Translations under genes and position numbers: made by a program | The notes under the pieces: model-generated | What the model saw: only the letters and a program-made list of their open reading frames with translations | Database searches by the model: none | What the model was told of the DNA's origin: nothing | Assembly: GCA_973895155.1 (NCBI GenBank) | Contig: OZ316894.1 | Location: 11,005,874-11,069,873 of the forward strand | Origin: Marsupella aquatica | Lineage: Eukaryota; Plantae; Marchantiophyta | Reading direction: 5' to 3' | Length of the DNA: 64,000 nucleotides | Part shown: positions 63,728 to 64,000 of the stretch, piece by piece | Layout: every line of letters starts with the position of its first letter | How positions within the stretch are numbered: position 1 is the first letter of the stretch

Positions 63728-64000
63728 TATATTTTGTATGTAGCTAGGCCCCCCCAACCACACCACCTTCATGTTTTTTTTAATCGGCAATATAAAAGTT
63801 GGCATCATTACTTCTTTAATTGTCATGGTATGCACATGCCCAAAATCTCTTGGTTATATATAGAAGTGTCCTTACTTTATATACCCTTCCTAAGAACCCC
63901 CTGCCTTATGTCCCATTGACCGTCCCATGAAAAAGCCATCGGATTTCCATCGCACCTTCTAAAAACAGAAACCAGACTTTCCGATACTCCCAACTAAGGA

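Larger units (their letters stand above)
54112..64000 (+). mobile_element. CACTA/EnSpm DNA transposon (right end outside the window)
   Basis: CACTAGTAC terminus exactly at the LINE breakpoint, preceded by TGA as the putative 3-bp TSD; subterminal TCCGA/TCGGA repeats; TnpD-type transposase; TnpA-like gene. Confidence 0.88.

Overview
Eukaryotic nuclear DNA, intron-containing and transposon-rich. It is most consistent with a non-flowering land plant such as a bryophyte or fern; this is an inference and the species cannot be read from the sequence. Only two intact host genes were reconstructed, and they are convergent: a 6-exon secreted EGF-like, GPI-signal protein (8574-10933, +) and a 6-exon MBOAT lysophospholipid acyltransferase (18592-14477, -). 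The rest is mostly mobile DNA: two L1-type LINEs, a CRE-like restriction-endonuclease retrotransposon fragment, Copia LTRs and remnants, a non-autonomous Helitron, a tRNA-derived SINE family and several MITEs. From 54112 to the window end lies a large CACTA (EnSpm) transposon. The most unusual observation is that this CACTA carries a SET-domain (lysine methyltransferase fold) exon between its transposase-associated exon and its TnpD transposase. It also has a divergent TnpA-like gene and dense clusters of a TCCGA/TCGGA motif, which together suggest a transposon-encoded chromatin-modifying or anti-silencing module. This copy is mutated. All domain calls come from motif recognition by eye; no searches were run.
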